Assembly (NCBI GenBank): GCA_963666425.2
Contig: OY762825.2
Location: 960,001 to 1,024,000, forward strand
DNA length: 64,000 nucleotides
Direction: 5' to 3'
Source of the DNA: Bacillota bacterium
GTDB lineage: Bacteria > Bacillota > JAAYKD01
Positions within the stretch are counted from its first letter, which is position 1; each line of letters opens with the position of its first letter. The position numbers were made by a program, and so were the translations under genes. The notes beneath the pieces were generated by a model. The model was not told where the DNA came from and ran no database searches. It saw only the letters and a list, made by a program, of their open reading frames with translations. Positions 19,503 through 28,786 of the stretch are shown here, piece after piece.

Positions 19503-21061
19503 CGCTCCATCCCCTCTCGCTGCATCGCTTCGGCAAACGGATTGAAGTAAACATATTCTTTGACCACCACACCCTCCAGACCCTTACCACCTGCTTTACT
19601 GCGGCGAATGTTGGCGAAAATGCCTTTTTCCAGTGCGGCAAAAAGTTGGATACGGTCGATTTCCCGCAATAAATCACAAGCTTTTTGCAGTACTTCTGCG
19701 GCGCGTGTCTCGACGATACCGCCGGAACGGAAGCTGATTTCATCCCCTAAATTCTGCATGGTACGAAAGACATACTGGGCATTGGCAATGGAAAGAGCGC
19801 GATCGGACATCAAAGGCGTATGAATGGCTTCAGTGAGCATACCGAGCAGATGGATCTTCTGCCCGGTCAGGATCGTTACCATATTAAACAGGGTATCCTG
19901 GACCTGGCCTTGGAAAATATCACCGGTCATAAACTTCGTGGGAGGCATATACTTCAGCGGTGCCTGCGGGAAGATTTCCCGCGCCATTTGGGCCTGCGCC
20001 AGCTCCAGGACAAAACCATTGGTCACATCGGGTGAGATTTCAAAAGCGTGGCCTAAGCCCATCTGTTCTGCAGGTAGCCCCGCCTGCAGGGCCAATTGTT
20101 CATTTAGAAACTGGGAAGCCAATACCGTATGCGCTTCTTCCACCGCATCGGCTGTCGTCAGATAATTGTCTTCTCCGGTATTAATGATCACACCGGCAAA
20201 GGCATTGATCCGGCGCGAAAAAGCCTGATCAATCAAAGTCCGCTGCATATTGATATCACGGAAGAGGATCCCGTAAAGCGCGTCGTTGAGCATCACATCC
20301 AAACGCTCCAGAGCGCCCATGGCGGCAATTTCCGGCATACAAAGCCCGGAGCAATAATTACAAAGACGAATATAGCGTCCGGTTTCCTCACCGACTCTAT
20401 CCAAGGCTGCCCGCATCAGCCGGAAGTTTTCCTGGGTGGCATAAGTGCCGCCAAAACCCTCCGTTGTGGCGCCGTAAGGCACATAATCCAACAAACTTTG
20501 CCCGGTGGTGCGAATCACGGCAATCACATCGGCTCCTTGTTTCGCTGCCGCTGTTGCCTGCGTGATGTCTTCATAGATATTGCCGGTTGCCACAATCAAA
20601 TAGAGCAAGGGGCCTTCTTTGTCGCCATGTTGTGCCAGAAAATCCTGCCGCACTTGCCGATTGGCTGTAATCCGCTGCAGCGCGGCTGACAAAAAGGGAG
20701 CCAAAGCCCGGCGCTGTGCTGCTCGATCCTGCCGCGGTATCCGGCTGAGGTCGAGCGAATCGGCCGCGATCGCTTCGACGATCTGCTGTGGGGTCATGCC
20801 AGATTGAATAACGGCATTGGCAATGGCATCGGCAGCACCGCAAGCCAGTAGATTTTTACTGACCAGGTGATCCACCAAAATATTCGGCAAGGGTACCTGT
20901 GCTGCTGTAATGCCATCAACGCCGAGTAAGCGGCAGATTGCCCGTTCCACACTGACGGTAGTATGACAATCAATGAATTCTTGGGTATGCTGGGCAATGT
21001 TGGCTGCATAACAGCGTGCCTGCGCCACTAAATCACGGTTTAAATTTAATTTACTTTGCAT
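19499..21061 (-). CDS. kamD: Lysine 5,6-aminomutase alpha subunit
   Basis: IVATGNIYED, RTTGQSLLDYVPYG, NYCSGLCMPE, KYMPPTK. Confidence 0.95.
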   Translation of the reverse strand: MQSKLNLNRDLVAQARCYAANIAQHTQEFIDCHTTVSVERAICRLLGVDGITAAQVPLPNILVDHLVSKNLLACGAADAIANAVIQSGMTPQQIVEAIAADSLDLSRIPRQDRAAQRRALAPFLSAALQRITANRQVRQDFLAQHGDKEGPLLYLIVATGNIYEDITQATAAAKQGADVIAVIRTTGQSLLDYVPYGATTEGFGGTYATQENFRLMRAALDRVGEETGRYIRLCNYCSGLCMPEIAAMGALERLDVMLNDALYGILFRDINMQRTLIDQAFSRRINAFAGVIINTGEDNYLTTADAVEEAHTVLASQFLNEQLALQAGLPAEQMGLGHAFEISPDVTNGFVLELAQAQMAREIFPQAPLKYMPPTKFMTGDIFQGQVQDTLFNMVTILTGQKIHLLGMLTEAIHTPLMSDRALSIANAQYVFRTMQNLGDEISFRSGGIVETRAAEVLQKACDLLREIDRIQLFAALEKGIFANIRRSKAGGKGLEGVVVKEYVYFNPFAEAMQREGMER

Positions 21062-22338
21062 GAGGATGCCTTGCTTTCATGCTGATTGCGCAAATGGCGC
21101 GCCAAATTATCGGGTTCCAGAGAGAGTCCGATCCCCTGTTCCAATTGTGCGACTCCGCTGATGGCTGCCGCCTGTTCTTTGCGGCAGACCGGACAATGAC
21201 AGACATTTTCATAATGGCGCGGTTCGGTATAAGCAGCAATCACACCTTCGAAATTGCGCAGAATCACCCGATCCGGCGTCTCACTGATCAGATAATTCGG
21301 CATGACCGGAATCTTGCCGCCGCCGCCGGGTGCATCGATTACATAGGTAGGAACGGCAAAGCCGGAGGTGTGTCCACGCAATGCTTCAATAATCTCAATG
21401 CCTTTGCTGACCGGAGTCCGGAAGTGTTCCAAGCCGAAAGAAAGATCGCATTGATAAAGATAATAAGGCCGCACTCTGATTTTCACCAATTCCTGCACCA
21501 GGTTTTTCATGACAAAGACGCAATCATTGACCCCGGCCAGTAAAACGCTTTGATTGCCCAGGGGAATCCCGACATCCGCCAGGCGGCTGCAGGCAGCCGT
21601 GGATTCGGCGGTAATTTCATTGGCATGATTAAAATGCGTGTTCAGCCAAATCGGATGGTATTTTTTCAGCATCTCCACCAATTCTGGCGTAATACGCTGG
21701 GGACAGACCACCGGCATGCGCGAACCGATGCGAATGATTTCCACATGCGGAATCGCCCGCAGTGCGGCAATGATCGTTTCCAGACGATCGTCGCTCAGCG
21801 TCAGGGGATCACCGCCGGAGAGCAGCACATCCCGTATTTCGCTATGGGCAGCGATGTAAGCAATACCGCGCCGGATGCGATCCATCGCCACAGCACTGTC
21901 ATGCTGACCGGCAAAACGTCGCCGCGTGCAATGCCGGCAATACATGGAGCACTGATCGGTTACCAAAAAAAGCACTCTGTCCGGATAACGATGGGTCACA
22001 CCGGGCACAGGAGCATCCTCATCCTCATGCAGAGGATCCATTAAGTCGGCAGGTGCCCGCTGCAATTCCTGCGCGGTGGGAACTGCCTGACGGCGAATCG
22101 GACACCAGGGGTCATTCGGATCGATCAGGCTGAGATAATACGGTGTAATCGCCATGCGCAAATTGCCCAGGCACTGCGCGATGCCCAGCTCTTCTTCCGG
22201 TGTCAGGGAGAGATAAGTTTTCAGCTGCGCCAGTGTTTCAATTCGATTTTCAATTTGCCAATGCCAATCCTGCCATTGCTGATCCGAAACATGCGGAAAT
22301 AACTCTGTTCTTCTGGATACGCTGGACAAAATGATCAC
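21046..22338 (-). CDS. kamA: Lysine 2,3-aminomutase (radical SAM/PLP)
   Basis: THRYPDR, CSMYCRHCTRRR, LSGGDPL, DAPGGGGKIP; start may be TTG 22329. Confidence 0.95.
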   Translation of the reverse strand: MIILSSVSRRTELFPHVSDQQWQDWHWQIENRIETLAQLKTYLSLTPEEELGIAQCLGNLRMAITPYYLSLIDPNDPWCPIRRQAVPTAQELQRAPADLMDPLHEDEDAPVPGVTHRYPDRVLFLVTDQCSMYCRHCTRRRFAGQHDSAVAMDRIRRGIAYIAAHSEIRDVLLSGGDPLTLSDDRLETIIAALRAIPHVEIIRIGSRMPVVCPQRITPELVEMLKKYHPIWLNTHFNHANEITAESTAACSRLADVGIPLGNQSVLLAGVNDCVFVMKNLVQELVKIRVRPYYLYQCDLSFGLEHFRTPVSKGIEIIEALRGHTSGFAVPTYVIDAPGGGGKIPVMPNYLISETPDRVILRNFEGVIAAYTEPRHYENVCHCPVCRKEQAAAISGVAQLEQGIGLSLEPDNLARHLRNQHESKASSCKVN

Positions 22339-22381
22339 CCTTTCTTATTTCAACGACTGTTTTGTCTGAATGAACCAGAAT

Positions 22382-23419
22382 CTAGACGTATTTTTCTTCA
22401 AAATAAGCCCGCAGCGCTGCATTTTCCCGTAATTCAGTTAACGTTACTTCGGCATGCCCTTTGGTGTAGCCATTGCCGATGATCATAGTCACATCCTTAC
22501 CGACGCCTTCCGCACCCAGGGCTGCTTTGGTGAAGCTGGTCGCCATTGAGAAAAAATAGACAATGCCATTGTCGCGCACCGGCAGGATACAGGCCATTTC
22601 CGTATTCGGAATATTGACGCAGCTGATGGAAATATCCACTTCTTTGCCCTGGTTTGCCGCCAAGGTTTTCTCCAGAACATCCAATGGCTGCGTAGCGCTG
22701 GAAACGATGACCTGATGCGCCAAATTCAGTGCTTTCAGCTTGCTGATATCGCTTTCTTTACGCACCATGGCGATGACATTACCGGTCGGTCCCGCACACT
22801 TCATGGCCTCATACAAGCAAAGCATACCGGATTTGCCACCCGCTCCCAGAATCAGAACACTGTCACCGGGTTTGACCAGTTTGGCGGTTTGTGCGGGAGC
22901 CCCGGCAATATCGAGCGCAGCGAGAGCCAGGTTTTCACTCATGTCGTCCGGCAATTTTGCATAGATACCGCTCTCAAAGAGAATGGCCTGGGCTTTCACA
23001 TCCACACGATCGATTGCTTGATGCACCGCGATAATTTCTTCGATGCAAAGCGGTGTCAGCGAGAGCGAAACCAGGGTCGCAATCTTATCACCGATTTTCA
23101 GTTCGGTATCCCGCAGAGCAGGACCGATGGCGGCAACATGCCCGATCAGCATGCCGCCGGACCCGGTCACGGGGTTCTGCATCTTGCCTTTTTCGGCTAC
23201 GATTGCCATGATTTGCGCCCGTATTTGTGCTTCATCGCCATTGACCGCTCGTTTGATCTGATTAAAGGAAGCGGAATCGATGTTCAAAGCCGTGACATTG
23301 ATCAGAATTTCATTATCATAAAGCACTGACATATCATTGTTGATCCGCGTGGCAGCCTGCGGCAGCACGCCCATCGGTTCCAGCACGCGGTGCGTGCCAT
23401 ATTTGTTGCCTAAATTCAT
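22382..23419 (-). CDS. kdd: L-erythro-3,5-diaminohexanoate dehydrogenase
   Basis: KYGTHRV, LNIDSASF, NPVTGSGGM, GAGGKSG, GNGY. Confidence 0.92.
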   Translation of the reverse strand: MNLGNKYGTHRVLEPMGVLPQAATRINNDMSVLYDNEILINVTALNIDSASFNQIKRAVNGDEAQIRAQIMAIVAEKGKMQNPVTGSGGMLIGHVAAIGPALRDTELKIGDKIATLVSLSLTPLCIEEIIAVHQAIDRVDVKAQAILFESGIYAKLPDDMSENLALAALDIAGAPAQTAKLVKPGDSVLILGAGGKSGMLCLYEAMKCAGPTGNVIAMVRKESDISKLKALNLAHQVIVSSATQPLDVLEKTLAANQGKEVDISISCVNIPNTEMACILPVRDNGIVYFFSMATSFTKAALGAEGVGKDVTMIIGNGYTKGHAEVTLTELRENAALRAYFEEKYV

Positions 23420-23446
23420 GATAAAAACAACTCCTATCCCGGTTTT

Positions 23447-24277
23447 TTACTCTGCGCTGGGCAGTCCCAAAATGCTTCTGGCTTCCGCCGGTGTGGCCAC
23501 CTGACGTCCGAATTCATTGGCCAGGCGAACCACTTTTTCAACTAATTCACCATTGCTCTTGGCTTTGATTCCTTTGGCAAGATAGATCGTATCCTCAAAA
23601 CCCACTCTGACATGACCGCCCAGGATGATCGCCATGGCGGCGAGAGGAAAAGCCGCTCTCCCGATTCCTGTCACCGTGTAACTGGCCCCGGGCGGCAGAC
23701 TCTCCGCCAGGAATAAAAGATCCCGCGGTTCTCCGCTGATGCCGCCGTTGACACCCAAAACCAAATTGAAATGCAGCGGTCCGCTCAAATAACCTTGTTT
23801 TGTTAAGCGCAGCGCCATATCGATCATACCCTTATCGAACACTTCGATTTCTGGTTTCACCCGGTGCTCCTGCATATGAAGCGCAAATTCCTTAATCGTA
23901 TTTTCTGTATTGACAAAAATGTCATCGCCGCCAAAATTACAAGTACCGCAATCCAGCGAAGCCATGATCGGATTCAGGCTCAACGGCTGCAGGCGTTCGG
24001 TATTACTCATACCGGTTGCACCGCCGGTTGAGGGCTGCACGATCAAAGTGCTGGGACATTGCCGATAAATTTCCTCGATACAGGCCCGAAAGCGCTCCGC
24101 GCTTTGGGTCGGTCGGCCGTCATCTTCTCTGACATGCAGATGAATGATGCTGGCTCCAGCCTGCCAGGCTTGCTTGGCTTCCGCTCCGATTTCCGCGATC
24201 GTATAAGGGACAGCTGGATTCTGCTGCTTCGTCACTTCCGCACCGCAGATGGAAGCAGTGATGATCAATTTTTCCAT
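23447..24277 (-). CDS. kce: 3-keto-5-aminohexanoate cleavage enzyme
   Basis: MEKLIIT, IHLHVR, STGGA, GTCNFG, RVGFED. Confidence 0.92.
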   Translation of the reverse strand: MEKLIITASICGAEVTKQQNPAVPYTIAEIGAEAKQAWQAGASIIHLHVREDDGRPTQSAERFRACIEEIYRQCPSTLIVQPSTGGATGMSNTERLQPLSLNPIMASLDCGTCNFGGDDIFVNTENTIKEFALHMQEHRVKPEIEVFDKGMIDMALRLTKQGYLSGPLHFNLVLGVNGGISGEPRDLLFLAESLPPGASYTVTGIGRAAFPLAAMAIILGGHVRVGFEDTIYLAKGIKAKSNGELVEKVVRLANEFGRQVATPAEARSILGLPSAE

Positions 24278-24675
24278 CACGATTCCCTGCTTTCTTTGTT
24301 TCTCTGTTTGCCTTTTGGTACAACGCAGGTACCGACTGCCTGACAAACCAGCACAGGCTGCGGCAGAACGTCACAGGCGGAATCATTCAGATCGGATCGC
24401 GGCATAATCACCTTATGAGCGAAAAATTCCATCTGCCGCGAGGTGTTGCCGACGCGGATGATCCGCCCCGTTGCTTCAATATAATCTCCGGCGTAAACGG
24501 GACTGAAAAACTCCACCTTCTCGTAAGCGCGAAATAAACCTTCATCTCCATCACTGCGAATCAAAAGTTCCGTAGCGACATCCCCGAACAACTGCAGCAT
24601 TTTTGCCCCGTCCACCAGATTGCCGCCATAATGGGCATCCTGGCTGCCCATGCGGACACGAATCATTACAGGCAT
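24277..24675 (-). CDS. kal: 3-aminobutyryl-CoA ammonia-lyase (hotdog fold)
   Basis: [29 protein letters not shown]. Confidence 0.93.
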   Translation of the reverse strand: MPVMIRVRMGSQDAHYGGNLVDGAKMLQLFGDVATELLIRSDGDEGLFRAYEKVEFFSPVYAGDYIEATGRIIRVGNTSRQMEFFAHKVIMPRSDLNDSACDVLPQPVLVCQAVGTCVVPKGKQRNKESRES

Positions 24676-24716
24676 TTTTTCTCCCTCCTTTTTTTGTTTT
24701 GCTCTGTTTTGACCGC

Positions 24717-24763
24717 AAAAAAAGCGCTAGGGTTATCAAATACAAGATTTGATCTCCAGCGCT
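24717..24763 (-). terminator. Intrinsic terminator overlapping the 3' end of the lysine aptamer
   Basis: Minus strand AGCGCTGG-AG-ATCAAAT-cttgt-ATTTGAT-AACC-CTAGCGCT followed by a T-tract. Confidence 0.8.
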
Positions 24764-24922
24764 CCATGGTTATTTTACCATGACAGAACCGTTGCTCTCG
24801 GCAACGATTCCAAAGCAGGCAGCAAAACGTGCTGTCAGCTTTTCGGCAGGTGTTACATTCGGCCGGTTCATCCAGGACGTTCCCTATCCCCGGTTTACCT
24901 TACAACCTGCTCCTCTATCCCT
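24755..24922 (-). promoter_or_regulatory. Lysine riboswitch aptamer, predicted ON switch
   Basis: Minus strand ATAGAGGAGCAGG...GGTA...GAA...CCTGCCGAAA...TTGG...CTGTCATGG...CCATGGAGCGCT. Confidence 0.85.
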
Positions 24923-24937
24923 ATTCACTTTATTTAC

Positions 24938-24966
24938 AATATAACAATATTTTACAAAATAGTCAA
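24938..24966 (-). promoter_or_regulatory. SigA-type promoter of the kal...atoA operon
   Basis: TTGACT-17 bp-TATATT with extended TG, just upstream of the aptamer. Confidence 0.72.
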
Positions 24967-24994
24967 GTAGCAGAGCGGAATTCTCACAAATAAT

Positions 24995-26446
24995 TTACTT
25001 TTCCAATAAGTCTAAAATCCCAGCTTCCAATCCCAGCAAACGGCAAATCCGGCGCGCTTCCTGCGGAATTGTCTCCTCACGATCTACCGGTAAAAGCGTA
25101 TAATCCATGCTGCGGTTCAGATAAAGTACCGGATCTTCCCCTGACTGCATGGCTCGCTTAAACTCCAAGGCATCCAGCTTCTGCAGTCCCGTTACTTGAT
25201 AATGGGCATTGGCAAAGCTTGCCACGCCGTCATAATGGGTTGTCAGCACCGTCATACCGGGTTGCTGGTTAAAATAAGCTGTCATTGCCTGCAGCAGCAG
25301 TGCACCTTCTTTGGGATTAGTCCCTCTGACAAATTCATCCAGAGCCAGGAAGGTGAATTGTCCTTGATGGTCGCGAAGAAAGTGATTCAACCTGCTGATT
25401 TCTGCGCCGAAACTGCTCAATCCCAGTTCGGCCGATTGCTGATCTTCGCCCAGATAAGCCAAGTGGCTGAATAACGGTAAAACAGCCGTTTTGGCATAGA
25501 TGAAAAATCCCAGCTGCCAGAGCGTGAGATTCAGCATCAGGCTGCGCAGTAGAATGCTTTTTCCTCCCATATTGGCTCCCGTGATCACGGTGGCACCCGG
25601 CTGTAAACGAATGCTAACCGGAGTGAAGCGGCGCTGCCAACTCTGCAGAATTGCCGCAACTTTAGGATGGATCATCTCCTGCAAAATAACAACCGGTTCC
25701 GGTGCCAATGCCGGCCTTGTCAGATGCTCAGTGATCGCTAAGCGTGCCTTGGCAAGATCCAATTCCAGGCAGCCCAACGAACGGGTTGCTTGCTGCAGTT
25801 CCGTTAAGTAGGGCAACAAATGTTCTGTGATGTTTTGTTTTACCAGCATTTCTTCCACTGCTTCGGCTGCCGCCCATCTGCTCCGTTCGGCTAACAGATC
25901 CGCCTGTTCCACTGGCGAAGCGAGGCGCAGTAGTTGCTCACAGCGCAGTTTTTGCTGCCGTATGGTTGCCAAAGCCGGATAGGAAAATTCATCCAGATAA
26001 AAAGCTCTTAAGCCATGTTGCTGCGGATCCAACCAAACGAGCGCTGCCGCCAGTGAAGGCAGCTGAATTTGGTGCAAACACAATCGATTCAAGAGAGCGG
26101 CACCCTGCGACTGTAAATCCTGATACTGCAGCAAGAAAACTTTCAGCTGAAACAGCGCTATTTCATCCAAAATCTCATTTCTGCTCAAAGCAGTGAGGAT
26201 ACCCTCAATTTCCTGGACAGAATGATAGAAATTTCGCAGTTTAACGAAGAAAAGAGGATATTTTGCTTGCGCCTGCATGAGAATTTCCAGATTATCCAAA
26301 GCCGCCTGTTGCTCTTTTTCCTCTCCCGGCAAGTAAAAAACCAGATTTTTTAAAGCACGCCGACCATAGGGGGAACACACTTGCAGTTGATCCAATACGA
26401 AACTTAAATCCTGCGGATAGCAGGATGTGACTTGGCTAAATTGCAT
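24995..26446 (-). CDS. kamC: MutS-like ATPase subunit of the lysine 5,6-aminomutase reactivase
   Basis: TGANMGGKS, LSSFGAE, LDEFVRGTNP, TTHY; lacks MutS DNA-binding domains; kam context. Confidence 0.85.
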   Translation of the reverse strand: MQFSQVTSCYPQDLSFVLDQLQVCSPYGRRALKNLVFYLPGEEKEQQAALDNLEILMQAQAKYPLFFVKLRNFYHSVQEIEGILTALSRNEILDEIALFQLKVFLLQYQDLQSQGAALLNRLCLHQIQLPSLAAALVWLDPQQHGLRAFYLDEFSYPALATIRQQKLRCEQLLRLASPVEQADLLAERSRWAAAEAVEEMLVKQNITEHLLPYLTELQQATRSLGCLELDLAKARLAITEHLTRPALAPEPVVILQEMIHPKVAAILQSWQRRFTPVSIRLQPGATVITGANMGGKSILLRSLMLNLTLWQLGFFIYAKTAVLPLFSHLAYLGEDQQSAELGLSSFGAEISRLNHFLRDHQGQFTFLALDEFVRGTNPKEGALLLQAMTAYFNQQPGMTVLTTHYDGVASFANAHYQVTGLQKLDALEFKRAMQSGEDPVLYLNRSMDYTLLPVDREETIPQEARRICRLLGLEAGILDLLEK

Positions 26447-27492
26447 ACAATCCCCTCCTCAACATCAATGATCGGTAGACGAATGGTCTCAGCCAGCAGC
26501 TGAATGAATTGTTCCGCTGCATAAGCAGGATGATCAACCGCATAAGCGTTTGCCGCGATGGCTAAGATGGAAATCTGCTGCCTGACCAGAATCCTGGCGC
26601 CTGCTGCCAAAAATTGCCGGAGGTGACGATCCTGCGCCAAAATGTAGCTGCCATTGTTGACGGTTAATGTGAAACCCTGCAGTCGAATCTGGCTGTGCTG
26701 TAATTGCCGTAAAAGCAAATCGGTTACAGCACCGGCGGTATAAAAAGCGATACTGTCCCGCTGCAAATAAGCCGGTAAAGAAAAATCAGAACTGCGGGCC
26801 AAGGAAGCAGAAACATACTGCCGACTGCCGTCTTTTTGACAAATCAGATACTGGGTTCCTTCCAGGGCAGCAGAAGGCAGCTCAGTCAGCGGCAAAGAGA
26901 ATAACTGAACAATGCGAAGTGTTTCACCAATGGTTTCCGCCATGCTTTGATGGAAGGAAGCGCCGCTGCAAAGGATCACACCATCCCCGCTTGCTTCCAT
27001 TGGCAAAACGCGGCGCCCCATCGCACCGTCAATTAAAATCTTCTCTGCTCCTAGCTGCTTCATCTCCTGTTGAATTTGCCATAACTGTCTCCGCATGGAT
27101 GGTCCCGCTAATTGGATATAACCGTCACTGCAGGCGCGCACCAGGACGATCCTGCCTAACGGCGTGGCAATTTCCGTGACTTGTTCGATCTGTTTGGTGA
27201 TATCACAAAACGGCAGGAGGCCTGCCGCAGTGGCGAATAAGCTTCCTTTGGGGATGTAAATTTCGGGTTTCGTCGTCTGGCTGAGCAGATCACGGTTTTC
27301 GCCATCGCGGCCGATGGAAGTCAAGCCGATGCACGGATGTGCATCACTGCTGTTCAATCCCCGCAGCAGACTGTTCAGCACTGTCGTCTTGCCGGCATTT
27401 TTCGACAAACCGATAATCGAAATGTTTGGATGAGCCTCCGTCAGTTGTGCTAAAAAGAGCGAGGTTTGTTGTGACGAAATATGCTGCAGCAT
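26404..27492 (-). CDS. kamB: Lysine 5,6-aminomutase reactivase subunit
   Basis: IGLSKNAGKTT, TSIGRDGE, TPLG, AGP, LIDGA; overlaps kamC. Confidence 0.8.
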   Translation of the reverse strand: MLQHISSQQTSLFLAQLTEAHPNISIIGLSKNAGKTTVLNSLLRGLNSSDAHPCIGLTSIGRDGENRDLLSQTTKPEIYIPKGSLFATAAGLLPFCDITKQIEQVTEIATPLGRIVLVRACSDGYIQLAGPSMRRQLWQIQQEMKQLGAEKILIDGAMGRRVLPMEASGDGVILCSGASFHQSMAETIGETLRIVQLFSLPLTELPSAALEGTQYLICQKDGSRQYVSASLARSSDFSLPAYLQRDSIAFYTAGAVTDLLLRQLQHSQIRLQGFTLTVNNGSYILAQDRHLRQFLAAGARILVRQQISILAIAANAYAVDHPAYAAEQFIQLLAETIRLPIIDVEEGIVCNLAKSHPAIRRI

Positions 27493-27657
27493 AACAAAAC
27501 CTCCTTCGCCCTCCATCAATCTGTTTATGTTCAATTCGCGGATGACCTGCGCTATCCCTGCCAATTTTCTCCTGCTGACAAAAAAGCAAGGCAAAAGAAA
27601 ACACGCTGTTTTCCTTCGCCTTGCTATGAATTTTTTCGCTGCCTCGTTGGGATCATC

Positions 27658-28008
27658 TTATAATAGGATGAGTGTTACGCCTTGATTTCCCCGGCTTAAG
27701 TCCTGATCTTTGCGTAAATCGGGACAAGCGCTCAGCATGATGCGGGTAGTTTCGTCAAAAATCGTGAAATTCTCTCCATACACAATCGCTTTAATTTTCT
27801 GCAGCTTTAGTTGCTGATTAAAAAACGTTCTGCTGCCGCTGCGCAAAGCGCCGCCCACGCCGGTAGAACCATAACCATGAATTACTTTCAAGATCTTACC
27901 GCCCAAAGCACGGCAGGTAAGAATTTCGCTGCCCAGCAGGATTTTCGCTTCTTCTACCGTGGGATAATTGCGTTCCAAATTATAAACCATAATTTTCTGT
28001 TTGCTCAT
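27658..28008 (-). CDS. Stand-alone Smr domain protein
   Basis: KVIHGYGSTG and GNQGVTLI Smr-type motifs. Confidence 0.8.
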   Translation of the reverse strand: MSKQKIMVYNLERNYPTVEEAKILLGSEILTCRALGGKILKVIHGYGSTGVGGALRSGSRTFFNQQLKLQKIKAIVYGENFTIFDETTRIMLSACPDLRKDQDLSRGNQGVTLILL

Positions 28009-28022
28009 GCGATTTTGATCCC

Positions 28023-28556
28023 CTATTGCAGAGAACGGATTTGACCAAGCGGCCAGATCACAGCGACTGCTCTGCCAATCACATCCGCTTCACTGACAAA
28101 TGAAGTCGTATGCCAGAAGCGTGCATCTTCGGAGTGTTCCCGGTTATCTCCCATAAAGAAGAGGTAACCAAGCGGTATTTCGTATTTTTGGGTGTAACTC
28201 ACGGTAGTGCCCACCGCATAACTTTCGTTCAGCAATTCTCCGTTGCGATAGACCCGTCCGCTGGAAAATTCCAGCACATCGCCACCTTTTCCGATCAGCC
28301 GTTTGACATAGGGAGCGACACTCGGCGGTTGATCCGGGCAAGGAAATACTAAAATATCACCGTATTCAAAATCACGGTAGTATTTGGTGAATTTCTCGAC
28401 AACGATCCGCTCGCCAATTGCGATGGTCGGACTCATCGAACTGGTAGGAACCAACGGGAACACTGCCACAAAAAAATAAATAAACGCTACAATCGCGGCA
28501 GAAATCGCCAGCTCTACTAAAAATTCTTTTACATCTTTTAGTGTCAAAAAGCACAA
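28023..28556 (-). CDS. lepB: Signal peptidase I
   Basis: SSMSPT (Ser), YVKRLIG (Lys), MGDNREHSEDAR. Confidence 0.92.
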   Translation of the reverse strand: MCFLTLKDVKEFLVELAISAAIVAFIYFFVAVFPLVPTSSMSPTIAIGERIVVEKFTKYYRDFEYGDILVFPCPDQPPSVAPYVKRLIGKGGDVLEFSSGRVYRNGELLNESYAVGTTVSYTQKYEIPLGYLFFMGDNREHSEDARFWHTTSFVSEADVIGRAVAVIWPLGQIRSLQ

Positions 28557-28786
28557 CCTTCTTTCCCATTAAAACAAGACCCGATGCAACGTATTATAGC
28601 ATGATCGCCTGCGCTTGTCATCTCTCTTTTTTTGCGGAGTAATTCCATTTTTTGAAGAATGCTGCTTAACACCAAAAGAACATCTGATATTTATTCTGAA
28701 ATCAGGCAGGAAAAAACTGCGTAAAATTGAAAGTAAAGGTATCAGTAACAGCTTTGCTGTTTCAAGCATAAGGAGGATAAAAAAAC

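Noticed and set aside
24940-24960. Rex operator in the kal promoter (TTGTAAAATATTGTTATA)
   Set aside because: Only one half-site fits the consensus
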